64,000 nucleotides of DNA from Ptychomitrium polyphyllum (GCA_973851085.1 OZ316776.1:9486001-9550000); one strand, 5' to 3'; shown: positions 12,301-26,980, counted from the first letter of the stretch. The notes: generated from the sequence alone by a model not told the origin. Translations and numbers: made by a program.

Positions 12301-13639
12301 GTGTACGTTGACCACGAGTTTGGCTTTTCAGCAGCTCCCCAGCGAAATGGACGCCTCAACTTCCCCTGCCTAGCCATAAAAGCAAAGATCTCAGACCCGC
12401 GCGGACATTCATTGGCCGACCACACGGGCGCCATGTGACTTCGCAGAGCGCTCCCACGCCCTGCCAGGCGCGCCGGGTGACAAACCCTGGCTCGAGCTGC
12501 GAGCGAATCCTGCACCTGCTGCAATCCTCAATTTCCTAAGTGGATGCTTTTTTAGCGCTGCACAAGGAGCGGAATAACAGCGTTACTCGCCGTTCGAGGA
12601 CGACGACCTACAACCGGGGTGCGTAAACCATGGCGCCCGCGGTCACAAATGTCTTCTGTGACCATCCCAACGGAGCTGACTTGTACTTTGCACAAGGAGA
12701 GGAACAACAGCGTTTTTCTTCACTACTTCTACTTCCACTTCCGTAAGATCAGTCTTGAGTAACTTTTCTCTACCCAACCACTTCGTATCATTCGACTTGC
12801 ATGAAATCATATACTGGTAAGTCAGCACTCTTGAGCAAGCCAGGCAAGTCACCCTTGTGCTCTTCTGTGGAGAAAGTATGACGGCATCTTTGCACAAAGC
12901 AAAAAACAAGTAATGGCAACTTTCGCAACGAATTCAACCTGCTTCGCAGTTACGACCAGGTCATCATGAAAAGGAGAAAAGAAACACGTACTGCACTTAG
13001 AATTGGATCTGGGGTTCACATATTCAAATGAACAGTGCCCGTTTGAGCTTCCGTGTAGAACCTAGGTTTCTCCAGGCAGAATATCCACATGAAAAATTCT
13101 GTCTCTTAATCTCAAGTAGTGTTCGTGTGTAGGTATCGTCGACTGTGCAAGTTTAGTACAACTTCAGGGCTTGAATTTTCAATAAATGAATTTTCGAATT
13201 TCTTGCAGTTTTAAGTAATGACATAATGTCCAGTTCTAGTAAGGACTTCTAAAAATGTAATCTAATGATCGTTACAAGACTAAAATGGTGCGTGAACCTA
13301 ACTACAATTTCATGCTTTAAAGGCAAGGCAAATCAATAAGGTCATGATACTATCCTGTTGCATCAACAGCTTATGTTAATGTCTTCTGAATCAGGAACTC
13401 AAAAACTAGCCTGAGTAGTAATACAACGATATCGAGACATAAGAGCCCCACACTCGGCGAATATTCAACCTCGAATATCGTACTATTTCAGAGGGAGACA
13501 TCTAGTAGGCCTCTGCAGACCCAAAAATAACCCTACGCAGGTCAAAATTGTAGGTAGACAGACAGCCATAGCAACTGCCATGGATCCCTTGCCTGGAGGT
13601 AATTGATAAAGTCTAAAGTGGTACTCTTAGCCACGCTGT

Positions 13640-16600
13640 TTATCCCGACATCTTTGCCCTTGCGAACATAACTCCAGCAAACAGTCCTGGAAAAAAAAAT
13701 TCTCATCAATCCATTGAGCAAAAATTCATAGGGTGGACGAATAAAGAAAGAAATCATCTCCATTTGAATAAAGTAACAAGTATAATGGACCACTATCCAA
13801 ATACTGCCAACGAGGTTGAAGTGCATGTCTGTCCCTTCCGTACCGAAGAATATACTCATCACATTTGGAACACTTGTTGGCACGTGGAATATTACAATAC
13901 CCGCTAAAGATAGCGGAATTTTGTTCAATGAACCCACCAAACTGCACAAGATCCAAAACACAAATTTCTCAGTGTCTGTTCAAACGAAGTCACCGTTAAA
14001 GCAGAAGAAAAAAAGGCTAACGCATCTCACACTGAAAAATCTACAGCTCCGATCAAGTATAAGATATGAACTAAAACAGAATCTAACAATCAATTATAAA
14101 AAGGTGAAAAAGAAAAGGCAAAAAAAGAGACGACAATGTAGATTATTGCTATTCTAAAAATGGAACATACCTATGCGTTGTTGGACTGGTTTGATGCAAA
14201 AACCACATTGATGTAAAACTGATAGCTAAGCCGAGCACCCCACTCACGGTGGCGACTACCCAAAACATGGGAATCTTCAGTGCTGACCTGTTTGATTCAC
14301 CCACAGCAGAGGTCCAGAGAGGAAATAGGAAAAGATACGTGCATATTATAAACCTACACGAAATTTCAATGAAAATGGCAAAACACACATTTTGACGACA
14401 AGATTGGCAAAGATGCTTACATAATAAGGTACTGACATTTTCAAATCGAACAGTTAAATTAATATAAATAAAATCAAGCGTTACAGTACTAGGAACTTTT
14501 CGTCATTGCATTAAAATTAATTTTTATGACATAAAATGAAAACAGTAAAAGTGACTAAGACTTGATAGAAAGGATGACTTACATCGACAAAATGTCCCTC
14601 TCGAAGATGAGGATGAGGACTAAGCCCAAAGGCATAGAGAGCAGGTTGTTCAGCAATACCATTGAAAACTCATTCAGATTTCCTGAAACTGTTTTCTGCT
14701 TTGCTAGATCCATTACTTTTCTCAACCGCAACTGCATTCCCAATTCAACGTGAATCAGAATTTATATTTCTAATGACAACTTGAAAACATTAAAATGCGA
14801 AAGCATCATGCAATGATAAGGTCCACAGGTAGATCAAAAACTACGATTTACCCCTTTTTTGCTCAAAAATGCCATACTATATTTCTCAGGATAAAGCCGG
14901 ACATTTCTGAAATTCATCCTATTCGTGTGTAAACTTACACTAAAGATGAGCAAAAAAGAAAAACGCAGAAATTTGTAGCAGGAAGATTAAGGCTTACAAC
15001 CAAGAGCATAATGGGGTTTGGAAGCTGATGATAGCATACCTCTTGTTCGTGAAAAATCTTTTAACTAAGGAAATTAACAATCGAAGAGAAATGTAAGCTT
15101 ACAGAGTAGGCAGAAGTGCAAAAGCAATTCAATATTTGCCATACATAGCCCACAGCATGAAAAGAGAGGTCGGTAATTCCTCCACTTATTGCAGATATAA
15201 CCTGCCAACATTCCCATTCAGCCAAGGTCATTTGGTGAAAGGGTGTTCACGCAAAACATGTATGCATAGAGAAATAAATAACGAAGCCGAAATAGTAACA
15301 CCAACTCTCAATTTCTAAAATGAACACTGCGTAAGGAGCTTGATCGTGAAGACACAATAAAAGCTGGGTTTAAGACACACCATAAGACCTAGGGATCCCC
15401 AAACTTTATTGTTATGATGCTTGTTGAAATAGTAGATCTCTCCGCATGCAGTGATCAGATTTGTAACATTTTTCAAGATTGTAACCATAGCAACGTTCAT
15501 AAATTTCAGACTGCACAGAACCGCACAAGATACAACGTTATTGACATCATCCATTAACAAATGAGAAGGACGGCTTGTACAATCAGGCTCGGCAGTGAGA
15601 ACGTGGAATACCGAAATTAGGTCACATTCTCAATTGTCAAAAATCCAATTTCCACGATGCCCGGGACTAGCTGTACTCTTGATTAAGCTTGCACTAAGCA
15701 AAGAAAAATGTTGATTTTCTAATTTATTTAACTAATGCAAGTCTTGTTGAACATCATTTACCACGGAAGATGCGCTAAACAAAACCCTACTTGGATTGTG
15801 TTGCACAATTAATTAGCATTAATTAAGATTTAGTAGTTACAAGCCTGCTGATCAGAGATATATCATACCTGTAGGTACTAGTAACCAGCATGCCAACAAA
15901 TAGGCAGTTGACAGGAAACCACACTTTTACGAGTTTCCAGGTAACTGGCTCGGTTGTTATAGCTCCAGCAAATTCCAGGATGACAACTAGCAGGACACTA
16001 ATCACATTCTGCAGAAAAGTCGTAATAAACAAGTCAACATAAAGAATTTGCAAGTGAAATTTCTGGTGAAAATTCGTGCAAATCAAATAAAATGAATAAA
16101 CGTAGGTGTCCATAATGTATGTCAACTCAGTTCAGAGTTCAGAAAAAAGTTCAAATTGTACGCTTGCATCTCTAAAGGAGAGTATAATCAGAGATTCCAG
16201 TAAAGGCAAATTGCCTAAGAAGATTCATCGTGTTTCTTAAGTACGTAACCAGCATCTTAATACCGTGTCAATGAGTTTTAAATCAATGCAAATTGTCCAC
16301 GGATTACCATAGGTTATCATACATAACTTGCTTATGGAAATAATTAAAAGAAAAACCGAAGTATAATTTCAACCACCACCAGACATCTAAATATGATCAG
16401 ACGGATCACAAATACCTGAGAAGGAAGTGGTCATACCTGATAAAACATAAGTGAAATCCCACCCTTGAGACCGTAACCGGATAAAACCGTTTTATTTAGT
16501 AAAATCATGCCACATGACGAAATACAATAGGCTACGCCAGAGGTGAAGGACTGATTTCGAGTTCTCGATTGCTTGATCGTTTTCTCGCCATCTGCAGCCT

Positions 16601-17477
16601 CAATATCGCCTTGCGTTCGAAGTTCCGTACTTGATCTGCAACATCATTAGCTTAAGGTCAGACTCCCTGCAACTCATTAAACAATTCACGAACCGATCCG
16701 TGGCCATCCCCAACACTGGATAGGATGTCAAGAAGGTGCCGCCAGGTACGATACATAGAAACTAGGGTCAAAAAGCGTACTTGCTGCCATGACCCCTCCG
16801 AAGGGAACCAGCCGGACTAGTGATTGGTGTAGCTGAAACAAGGCCGTTTTGTGTCCCATTGCCAATTCCATTCATACCCTTCGACAAATTTCCAGGTTTG
16901 TAATCATCTAACAACCCAATTTCGGCATCTTCAATCTCTGTTGAACTAGGAACGCGAATCGTCCTGTACAGAAGAACACCACATTGCGCATTGTCATTGC
17001 AACTCTTGAATACTCCACGAACTAACAGTTCTCACAAAAGCAGGGAATGTGCACTAGCAACCCCTTCGACATGCCAGAAGTGCATCCCAGCGGCCGCATG
17101 AGAAACTCGTACAATATGCGCCCATTACAATGGATTCCCTGGCATATCACCAAAGTGGCCTACTGCAGGTTCCCTGCTTACACTGACTACCTTTAGGATG
17201 AGATCAGAGTGACAAAAAATTCTATCTGCACAAGGTTTGAAGAGTCTACAAAAACGAGAACAGTCGCAGAATCCTAAGTCGATAAAAATCCACCACTTGA
17301 AAGCAGCAGCATGTCATCTTTGTAGAACTTGAAAGCACACGGATTATAAAAAAGTTTGACGAATAACAACTAAATGGACAACAAATAAACTACAGATCAT
17401 TCACTCTTCGTGCATACTTCAGCCCAAATACTAGCAATTCAGTGATTTGAGGAGGATTAGGCATACCTAGTCGTCAT
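13640..17477 (-). CDS. GONST1: Golgi GDP-mannose transporter (GONST1/2-like nucleotide-sugar transporter)
   Basis: Spliced product includes SGVAYCISSCGMILLNKTVLS, WFPVNCLFVGML, LKFMNVAMVTILKNVTN, MVLLNNLLS, SFTSMWFLHQTSPTT, the GDP-sugar motif LVGSLNKIPLS and a C-terminal FARAKMSG*. The short first coding exon is ATG ACG ACT AG at 17477-17467. All junctions checked are GT-AG and in phase. Confidence 0.92.
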
Positions 17478-20400
17478 CGTTGAATGATAATGCCACTTGC
17501 TTTAAAAACTACTTCAATGCCTTCCACACTGGTGACTTACTATTGTTATCTTTTCAATTGTCTTTAGACAGAACAGTCTCGTCCACAAATAGCTGCAAAT
17601 GTGCTCCAGTTTCAAGAGCTCCGAAGACGAACCCTATTAGCAAAAAGGTCCTTAACTCTATCAATCACAATCCACGGTGTTGACTGCGGACGGGCATCAG
17701 TTCGTGAGGCACGCCCATACAATTCCAAATAACACTGCCTTTCTACCGGGAAAAAGTTTGGCTACGGGCAAGGAAAAACACAACTGCGTAAGTCACAGTT
17801 GCCGAGCGACTTGGAGCCCAGAATCGTACGGGACAGGAAAACCTTGTGAAAAGAATCACATTCTCGACTACACGAAGAGATAAACCATTTCACAATTGCA
17901 CATCCTAAACACGTTCATCAGTCCAAACGCATATCCGTGGAATCCGAACTGCACCGCAGGGCCTTCCAAAAATCCCCGCCCAGAGCCAAATGCGACATCT
18001 ACCTTAAACCGCCATGCATCTCCTACACCAAGCCAAAATTGCTCCTTCCAGCGCGATCAACTTAAGAACTTCAACACAACGAGTTCACGCACCCAAAACT
18101 CGTCCCCATTCCCGCCTCCTCGCACTCTCCACACCTCCCCCGCTGTCAACACAAACCCCCCAACCCCTCGCCCCCCAATATGCCGAACACTCAAATCCGC
18201 TCTCAGAAACACCCGCTCCCACACAGCAAAACTGGCTGGGCACTACGCCACATTACACACCACAACCACCCCCTCCCACGATCCTCACTCGTCCTACCGC
18301 GACTCCGTTTCACGCACTCACACGTTCTCCGCATCGCACACATCCACTACACACCCAAAAAAAAACATGTTCCCTCCAGACTGCCAGACCCGTCCAAGCG
18401 AAAGTGAAACTCCACTAACTTAACATGTAGAATAGAACCATAACCTCCATCGCAGTAATCACGACTTCACGCACGGAGCGGAGCCCTGCCACACTAATCC
18501 GCTTTCCTTCAACACTGGCATGGCCTACTCTACACTGATCACTAACGCCACGTCCACAACGACGTGAAGCGAAGCAGCGCCACCACCAGAGAGCGACGAA
18601 AACGCACGAAAGCAAGACCACTAGCACGCGACTCACGCGATATCGTGCGACACCATCGCCGCCCAGAATAGCTCCCCTTGTTCCTCGAGCCCTCACCGAA
18701 CCCCAACCCGGCTCGTTCGGGCTCACCACGAGATTCTCCCCCGCCCCTCCATCTCCCCCTCGCCGCACCCTCGCGCTCCACCATCGCCATGCCCACCGCA
18801 ACAACTCCTTCGCTGCTCCCACACACCGCCATCATCTACTAACTAAGTAGACTACAGTCGAGAATCTACAAATATCTAAAGATAGTGACGGATGCATGTC
18901 AATGCGTCGCTGTATCTGAAGCCGGCACGGTCTACGCCTTTTGTGTCTTTTGCGGTGTGAAATGTACGGTACACTTGGATGAAGTTGGGTTTAGGGTGTA
19001 ATAACGGTTTAGGATGCAGCAACGGTTTTTGATAACTCGACGGTTTTGGATACCTAAAAAGTTTCGCGTATGGCTATGGTTTTGGGTACGTATTCTTTAA
19101 TCGGATTGGTGCAGGAGGTTCGCCATACATGCTCGGAAATCTTTGAGAAATCCCGGCAGCTGGTGCAAGGAAATGCAAAGTTACAATAGAAAGAGCATGT
19201 TTAATTCATGTGTGAAAGGGAACCATGTGGGAGCTTGTGAGGATTCTTCATTTTTTGGTACTCGAAAATATGTCAGGTTATCAGTCCACTGTCAAACGGG
19301 TAGGATTTGCATATCTAGCAGATGTCTAAATTCAAGTTTCCAAATCTATGAAATGCAGAGAGAATGTCGAATTGTTGTACAATGACGGTTTCGGGTATGC
19401 GTCCTTGCCACCTGGACAAACCAAACTCCCTCAGACCCCTCTGTGTTGATAAATCTATCAATATACTCAAAATTGGCATCAGCTAACAGAGCATGCATTT
19501 CATGAAACAAAATATTCTATCTGTGTAGAGAACGGTAGTACGTGATACTAAGTAAAAGTGTACTTCTGTGGATAGTGTCGGTTTTGTGTCCATTGACGGG
19601 TTTGGCTATGCTTACCTCAATGAGACTAGTCGACACAGAGGAGTCTTGGGAGATTGATGCAAAGAGTTGAATTATTCAAAATCATCCAAATTTTCATTTC
19701 TTTAAAGATTCGTAAGGACTTGTTGGAGTTCTCTAAGTCACCACAAGAAGCCTAGTATTAGCTATAACTAGGTGGGTAATTTGTTGATACTGCTTGATGC
19801 CCAGGTCATACTCAAACGAGTAATTCGCCAAATACACTGTGTTGTTGACCTTCCAATACTCAAGTATCACCTAGGTATAACATAGCAGGGTATAAACATG
19901 TCATGGCATGCTCATACAAGCATATTCGGCTATCACCGAAGCATAAACTACTATGGGTATGGCATCTTTGGAGAAGATTCCTTGGAGAATCTCTGAAACT
20001 TTCTACTTCGTAGGGTGAAGAATCTTATGCTGTGGGCGGTTGGATATGTCCAATTTTCATGTTAAATCTACGTGGTTCTTCTGTGATATTGATGCCCTAC
20101 TTACGCAATATTTAGGCGAGTAATTGTGGAAATTGAACATATGTCCAAGTAGGACCTGTCTCCGCTCGTGGTGCTGGTAGGAGACAGACTGTAACCTTTT
20201 AGAACGTAGCCAACCAGTCGGCACACTTTAAAAATTGATATAAGTACTTTCTTTTAAATCAAAAGGTAAAGCTAGAAGTGGTGGCCTTAATTGGAATCAG
20301 TTTTTAATAGGCTTTCCATGAAATAAAAAGAACCGCGTGTTGTATAGAAACGTGCAGTCATGGCTACTTGCTTTTCTGTTTTGTTGACGTCAGGAGTAAG

Positions 20401-22655
20401 ACTCACCGGTCGTTTGGAGTCGCCTCAAACGGCTGCTCAATTCGAGGAGGGCAATTTCCAAATGGAGATGGAATTTGCTGTCAACGGGGTTCGACCCCGC
20501 AACAGTTGGTTGTCGGCCAATGAGCACGTGTGGTAGACCTTGGAGTAGGTCAATGTATTCTAATTTCTATTGACAGCAACAGATCATTCACTTACTGGCA
20601 ACTAGTTCATCGATTCCAGTCCAAGTTCATTCATCAAGGAAAATCTGTATCAAACTAGGCCTTCAAGTGAAGCATGAGGTACAGTGTCGTTGCAGCCAGA
20701 ACTGGGGTTGTCGCTCTCAATTTTCTTCGGAGTTTTGATTGCGGTAAGTCAGCGTTCAATCATAGAGTTATCACTGTGGAGGGTATGCTTGAGGAGAACA
20801 GTGCGCAAGGAAAATCGTTTTCTATGAATTGCAGCTCTCATCTGAAGGTGGGACTCACGTTTTCTGTAGTGATATACTGTATATTGAAAAGGACTGAGTA
20901 GGAGGGTGAACTGATTCAAGAATATGAGGGATCTTATAGAGGATGCCGAGAGTGTGCAGTGGAATATCTCGTGGGAGTTTTTGATACACGGAAGTGGCTG
21001 CTGACGGAACAGGGGATGATTGGTGGTTTAATCAGTTTAAGCTTCGCACTTGGACGATGGTGTTGTTGCATGGTGAGTAGCCCCACGTTGTAACTCAGGT
21101 CTACATTAGGGCATCTTTACTGTAAGGGCAGAACTGCCTGAACTTTCATGGTCGTGTCGTTGAAAAGTTCACAGTTGCATTCCTTCGATCCTGTCTTTCG
21201 ACCATTAATATTCGCACGGGTGTCGGATTCTGTGCTTCCAAAGTGAGTCTATCGATCAATAATTCACGCCTCCGATTAACTTTTTGAACCAACAAAAATT
21301 TGCTGAGTTCACAAATGTTGAAGATCCATATCCGCGAGAATATTCGTTTGGGTAAGTGCTGTTAGAAGTTGTTCAAAACTGGAGACTGACATGTATCATC
21401 TATCTAGCTACCAGAAAACGCACTCTGTAGGGAATTGTAGTAGTTTCTTGTGTAGCATCTTCTACTGAAGATTGGTAGAAGCTATTCAGTCGTGCAATGT
21501 CCTCGCTTTCTACACATGACTTTCTCTTTGATGTTGTTTGTGGCTTGCAAAGATGCCTACAGTGATTGCTCACTCACTCAGCTCTTTCTCACTGCAGCCA
21601 CATGGTGCAGGCAATTTCGTTATAATCCCGGGCTTCTTTACCTCATATGTAAATCCTCATTTCAATCTTTAGTGATATTGAACGTTCACCACTAGTCTAT
21701 CTGCTTGGCAAGTTCAGCTCTTCCTGTGGATAGAGGGCAAGTCCCCTAGCCTAGGAGCTTGGTTCGTTCCTTGATGCAGAATATTGAAGCTGATGGGAAA
21801 CTGATTCAAACTTTCTGATCAATGCTTCTAGCATGAGTAACTGTTTATGCTTGAGAATCATTCGTTGTGCTGCATATCTGGATTGAGTGGTATGGTCCCA
21901 ATCCCGGTGTAGTTGTTGCCTCAGCACCTGTTGGCCCACACACGCCAGAATGAATAGGCTGGCTCTTAGGAGATGCTGTGGAGTGTGCCATGAGAAGGCA
22001 AACTTGCCGGACTTGTGAATGGAGGAATAGCCTATTAGTAATCGTAACCAACTTCTTAAAATAATGTACACAAAGATCGAGGATGGCGTATTGAAACGTG
22101 AGCTGTGTTGCACCTACGAAGTGTACAGTACGCACAACAGTAAGGTACAAATCGCACGCAAAGGACTTTCTCAGAGGCCAAGGGTGTAAGACGAAGAGAT
22201 GTAGCAGCACTAGCATGAAGAACAAATCCTGTGGCGTTAGGCTATTGCAGGCATTCAAGATCTTGTATATTCCAAAAACATGTTCATGTCAAGCTTAGAC
22301 GGCATGTCAAGGAATGAACTTCTCTAAGTTGGATGTATGTTGATCATGCAGGCCTTCCTCCCCTCACCTTCCCATGCTCGTTCATATCACAAAAACCTTA
22401 CAGAATGTGATTTTGGTTTGAACTAAATGGACCTGGACGATCTTCAGCAAATCATTCATGGAGCGCTCCATGTGCTAAACAATTTGAGCTAAAGTTGAAT
22501 ATGAAAGGACCTCGTTGACATGCTTCGGTGGACGGGCAAGCAACCAGGAATCTCACCATTGTGCAGGCTTGCTTTGCACCATGTGCACTCCGTTGTGAGG
22601 ATTTCCACCAATCTCCAACCCTTTGGAGTCTATATCACCAATTCTTGTTACAAAG

Positions 22656-22688
22656 GTGGAAATAACGGGTGGAAATAACGGGTGGAAA
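22656..22688. repeat. 13-bp tandem repeat (ggtggaaataacg, about 2.5 copies) at the edge of an AT-rich island
   Basis: ggtggaaataacg ggtggaaataacg ggtggaa. Confidence 0.8.
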
Positions 22689-22699
22689 GAATGGTTGAA

Positions 22700-25600
22700 A
22701 CTTCAAATTCATCAAAAATCAAAGTTCATGTTAGTTTTTTAGAATTTTAATGTTGTTCCATTCAAAAATGCAACCACTTCCATTCAATCCAAAGCATTTT
22801 AGGAATCATAGTTATGTGTGTACTATAAATTAGAGAAATTTGACATGCATCATACATTTGGATTTTTATTCTTTTAATTCAAATGAAAAGGCCTCTATCT
22901 AAATAAAGTTTAATTTTCTTCTTTTAAGAACTAGAGGCTTATACTCACTTCCTTTAAAAAATCCCTATTCAATTACATCTTCAAACATTTTGGACCACTC
23001 TTTATCGATTAAAATTTCATTTTTGATTATTATTTAAAGTAAATTGTAAGAACTGTTACATCATTAGATTTGTACACTTTTCGTTTTTTGAACTTTAAAA
23101 TTTGTCGTTTATATATAATTGTGAATAATATAGTCCAAATTCAATTTAAAAAGTATTTATAGATGTTTGTAAAAGTTATAAGATATTAAGTTCTTAAAAT
23201 AAACTTCTACCATAAGCAATAATATCAAATTATATCTTCATTCCTAAATATTAAAAACAACTAGCTTCCTTTTAATTTGCATGAATAATTTTTTTAAAGC
23301 TTTAATAAAAAAAATTAGCAAATCAAATGAAATAAATAAACAAAAGTGTATGTAATATTTAGTACTTATAACATAAATTGTTGCATATCAAAGAAGGGGC
23401 TAGTTGGTTGGTTTAATACTTTTTTTACCACATAATTCATCAAGCAATACCATACCAATACATATTTGTACCTACATTAATAATCTTATCATGATTCAAG
23501 TTTAAATATAACACATAAAATAAATAAATTAACCAATTAGCATTTGATTTTATAATTTTGTTATAACTGCATAAAATTGGAAACATTTATAAACTACTAT
23601 TATTTAATTGTCATAGTTCTTGATTTTCTATTATTAATTGTTCATACATACTTTCTAATGTTTGATAAATATATTGAGGTTTTTTAGTTTTTAAATACCA
23701 TAAAATCTTTGCAATAAAAATAATGATTCAAAATCAATAAATTTTATAAAAATATAATTGTTCATATCAAATTATTGAATTATTATTGTTTAAAAAATAA
23801 TATAATTATTTAACTTCTATCTTTATAATAATAGAATTCAAGAATTTAGAGCTTGATAAGTTGTATAATTTTCCAAAATTTATTTACTCAGTTAAAGTTT
23901 GTTTAATTTTATAATTGAATAAAAATTACAATAGATCATGAATTATAAATTTTTACTAAATATTTATATTTAATAACAGTTTTAAAAAAAAATTAAAATA
24001 AAAGAATATTATTAGATGCAAATCTTCTAACATAAAAATTGCTCTAAATGCATTATGAATAATCATAAAAGTAGTGCATACAATAATTTTGAAATTAAAT
24101 GAAGTATCAGATTTTAACCAATATAGTTCAGACTAAGTTACATTATTCTTCAAATTACTCCTAAATGGCAAAGAATGGAAAGTCTCATTTAATCAAATTG
24201 TCAGCTTTTATAGAATGACAAAATTATGAATTCCATCTTTAAAATAGTAAAATTTTATTTTTAATTAATATTATAATTACGTATAATCTATATTACTTTT
24301 TATGATGCAATCATATTTAAATTATGAAGTATAAAATATTTAAGTTGAGAATATATAAAGAGATTTAATAGAATTTTATATAAGGCTATACAACAATTTG
24401 AAGTCATTTTTGTAATAATAAAATTTATTATAAGCAAGTTTTTACATAAAATCAAGTACAAAATTAGTATGGATTATCTAAGAATTAATCTAATAAGATT
24501 TGGAGAAAGTCCAAAGAGGCCTAAAAAGTTTTTAAAGAAGCTTCTAAAAAAGCAACCTCAAGTTGCTTGAATATGCAATGTTGTATTAATAGCCTTTTGA
24601 GAAGCTTATAAAGAATTCTATATTTGATATGAACAGGATTAAAGGCTAAAAGAATCTTCAGTCTTAACTAAGCATGTCTTGTAATTTAATTCAAACCTTC
24701 TAATCTTATTTTTTATCATGATTCTTGGTTATATTATAAAACCTAGTTGATTCAACTATTTTTCTTCAATCTTTATTTTATATTTCTGTGTGTAATACAT
24801 GGAATTTAAAAATGATGAATTCAACAAAATACAATAAAGCTGAGTTATAATGAAGAATTCAATGTCAACTTAATAACTGATCATTATAATACATTATTTT
24901 TCTGGAAATACAAATTAACAAGTGACATTTGGCACTTATTCATATAAATAATTGTTTATGCTAAATTGCATTATAAGTGCAATATAATGCTTTGTTTTTA
25001 CTTTATTGATTTTTATTGCTTGATTAAGAACTTACGTTGTTATACAATATAATTATTATAAATTCACTTATTAAATACTATTCAAGATACATTCATCATT
25101 CTTATATATTCATACTAAAAGAAAATTGATAGTTGATAAAATAATATTTTTTTACATTTATTTATATTAATTTATTAATAATATGAAGAGAAATTCAACA
25201 ACAAATTGAACTACGTTTCAAATTCAAAGCACAAGTTTTGTATTAAACTATAAAACATATATTAAAGATATCTTAAAGAATATTTTTGAAACTTCATGAT
25301 TTTAAAGAGTCCTTTCAACTCAAAATATATAAAATAGTATAAAAATATAGTTTGTTCTTTTTAGCCACATGATAATGAAGCAGACTAACAAAGATTTGAA
25401 GGACTTTTATACATGCTTTATTAAACATATAAAAATTAATTTACATTTTTTGATAAATACTATAATAAATAACCAAGGAGGAAGCGTGTTGCAATTAATC
25501 TTTTTTACAATATTACCAAAGAACATCAAAGAATATCTTATTTCATCCATGAAAAAATCCAAGCTATATACTTTAAGAATGTTTTTTATAACCATTGACA

Positions 25601-25900
25601 TACTACCAACCCCTTTATTTTCTAAATATTTCATTTCTAAAAAGTATTTTTTCCAAACCTTCAAAAACAGAAATAGAATCCAAAACTAGAAACACTTCTC
25701 TAACCAAGCACAGAAGAAACAAAACAATGAAACAAAATCCAAAACCTGAAACACCACTTAAGTAACAAAAGTAATATCAACATCCAACTTACACACCCAC
25801 CCTGGACTCAATCCAAACGGGAATTGAATTCCAGTAGTACAAAATTGCTACTTATACACCAAACACGGTATTTAGTATCATAAATTCTTAATAGTTTCAT
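22700..25900. other. Very AT-rich intergenic island, probably decayed transposon DNA
   Basis: Abrupt compositional shift, CpG-poor, with no credible ORF. A faint integrase-like FWxTLY...C..C trace near 22985-23060 is not convincing. Confidence 0.45.
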
Positions 25901-26459
25901 ATGACACTAATTGCATATTACTAAACTAGCGTCGCCAACACTAAATGTCAAAAAGCTTTCTGTTTGAACAACATGACTCTTCATACACTGAATAACGTGA
26001 CCATGAAGTGATTTGCCTTGATAGTAAATGCCATTTTCAGTGTGGTGGCAGACCAAGCAACGCGTTAGGATTACCAAGTCTTAATCCCAGAGCACGGGCA
26101 GGCCAGGTCTCAAGGCAACGGTGGGGACAGGCCAGGGCAGGACGAGAGAAACAAGCAGACGTAATAAATCCATCAGAAAAGCACACTCTGCGTTGAAGGC
26201 ATCAAAGCATCAAAGGGCAAGAATTCCCAATTTCACAAGCGCACACGCACACAGACACACACAGAACGCCATGGCCAAGAATTCTGTTTAAGAGTGCCGG
26301 CGCACGCACTCTCGCATCGCACTGCAACCTTCCGCTTTACTCTTCTCCGGTAAGTTTCAGTTTTCGTCGAGTTAAGCATGAGTGTTTTTCTTTCAAGAGC
26401 AGTTGGTGCTATTGTTGTGGAGGCAGAGTGCTGCATGCGCGTTCGCGCACTTGCGAAGA

Positions 26460-26980
26460 GCTTAAGACGCGGAGTTATCTTGTTGATTGTTAACTTAAGC
26501 GCTTGCGCGCAGGCGGAGGGAGAGCACGATGTTCAGTTGAAGTGTTTTCATTGAAATCAGTTTCCGTGTTTTGGAAACAGAGTAGTGTAGTGCGTGCGAC
26601 CGCGTGCGCTTGTGGAGTTTAGTTACGTCTTCTTGTTGTGAGCGTGTGAGCGCCAACGGAGGGATGAGCGCGTTGTTATGTAGTAGTGTTTCAACTGCAA
26701 TTGGTCTGCGTAACGTAATGAGAGTGTAGTGTACTGCACCCGATCGCGCGTTTTTGCGGAGGTTAATTACGTCTTGTTGTTGGCAGCTTCGATTGTATTA
26801 CACTTGAGCGTGTGCGTGCAGTCGGAGGAAGAGCGCAATATGCTTAAGTTTTTAGTATTTCAATCACAATCGGTGTTTGTGTTATGGTGACAGCGCGCTT
26901 GCGAAGAACTTGAGTCGTGATGTTGTTGCGAGTGTTGGTTGTTAAGTTCAGCGTGTCCGTGCAGGCGGAGTGCGATGATG
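26460..26980 (+). repeat. Degenerate tandem repeat (about 4 units, 130-170 bp) upstream of the SPS ATG
   Basis: Recurring core agcgtgtgcgtgcaggcggaggragagc near 26498, 26641, 26807 and 26950, with shared gttacgtctt(c/g)ttgtt and agtgtagtg blocks. Confidence 0.7.

Noticed and set aside
17896..18835. Pro/Thr/His-rich and Arg/Gly-rich ORFs on both strands
   Set aside because: They are best explained as the GC-skewed 5'UTR and first intron of the GONST gene.
19770..19870. Exon-like minus-strand peptide VILEYWKVNNTVYLANYSFEYDLGIKQY
   Set aside because: Looks coding, but I could not assign a family or link it to other exons.
20436..20480. Short imperfect hairpin gcaatttcca...tggaatttgc
   Set aside because: The stem is too short for a miRNA precursor or MITE.
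21751..22298. Overlapping 120-137 aa ORFs
   Set aside because: No recognisable domain in any frame; may be decayed coding DNA but this is unsupported.
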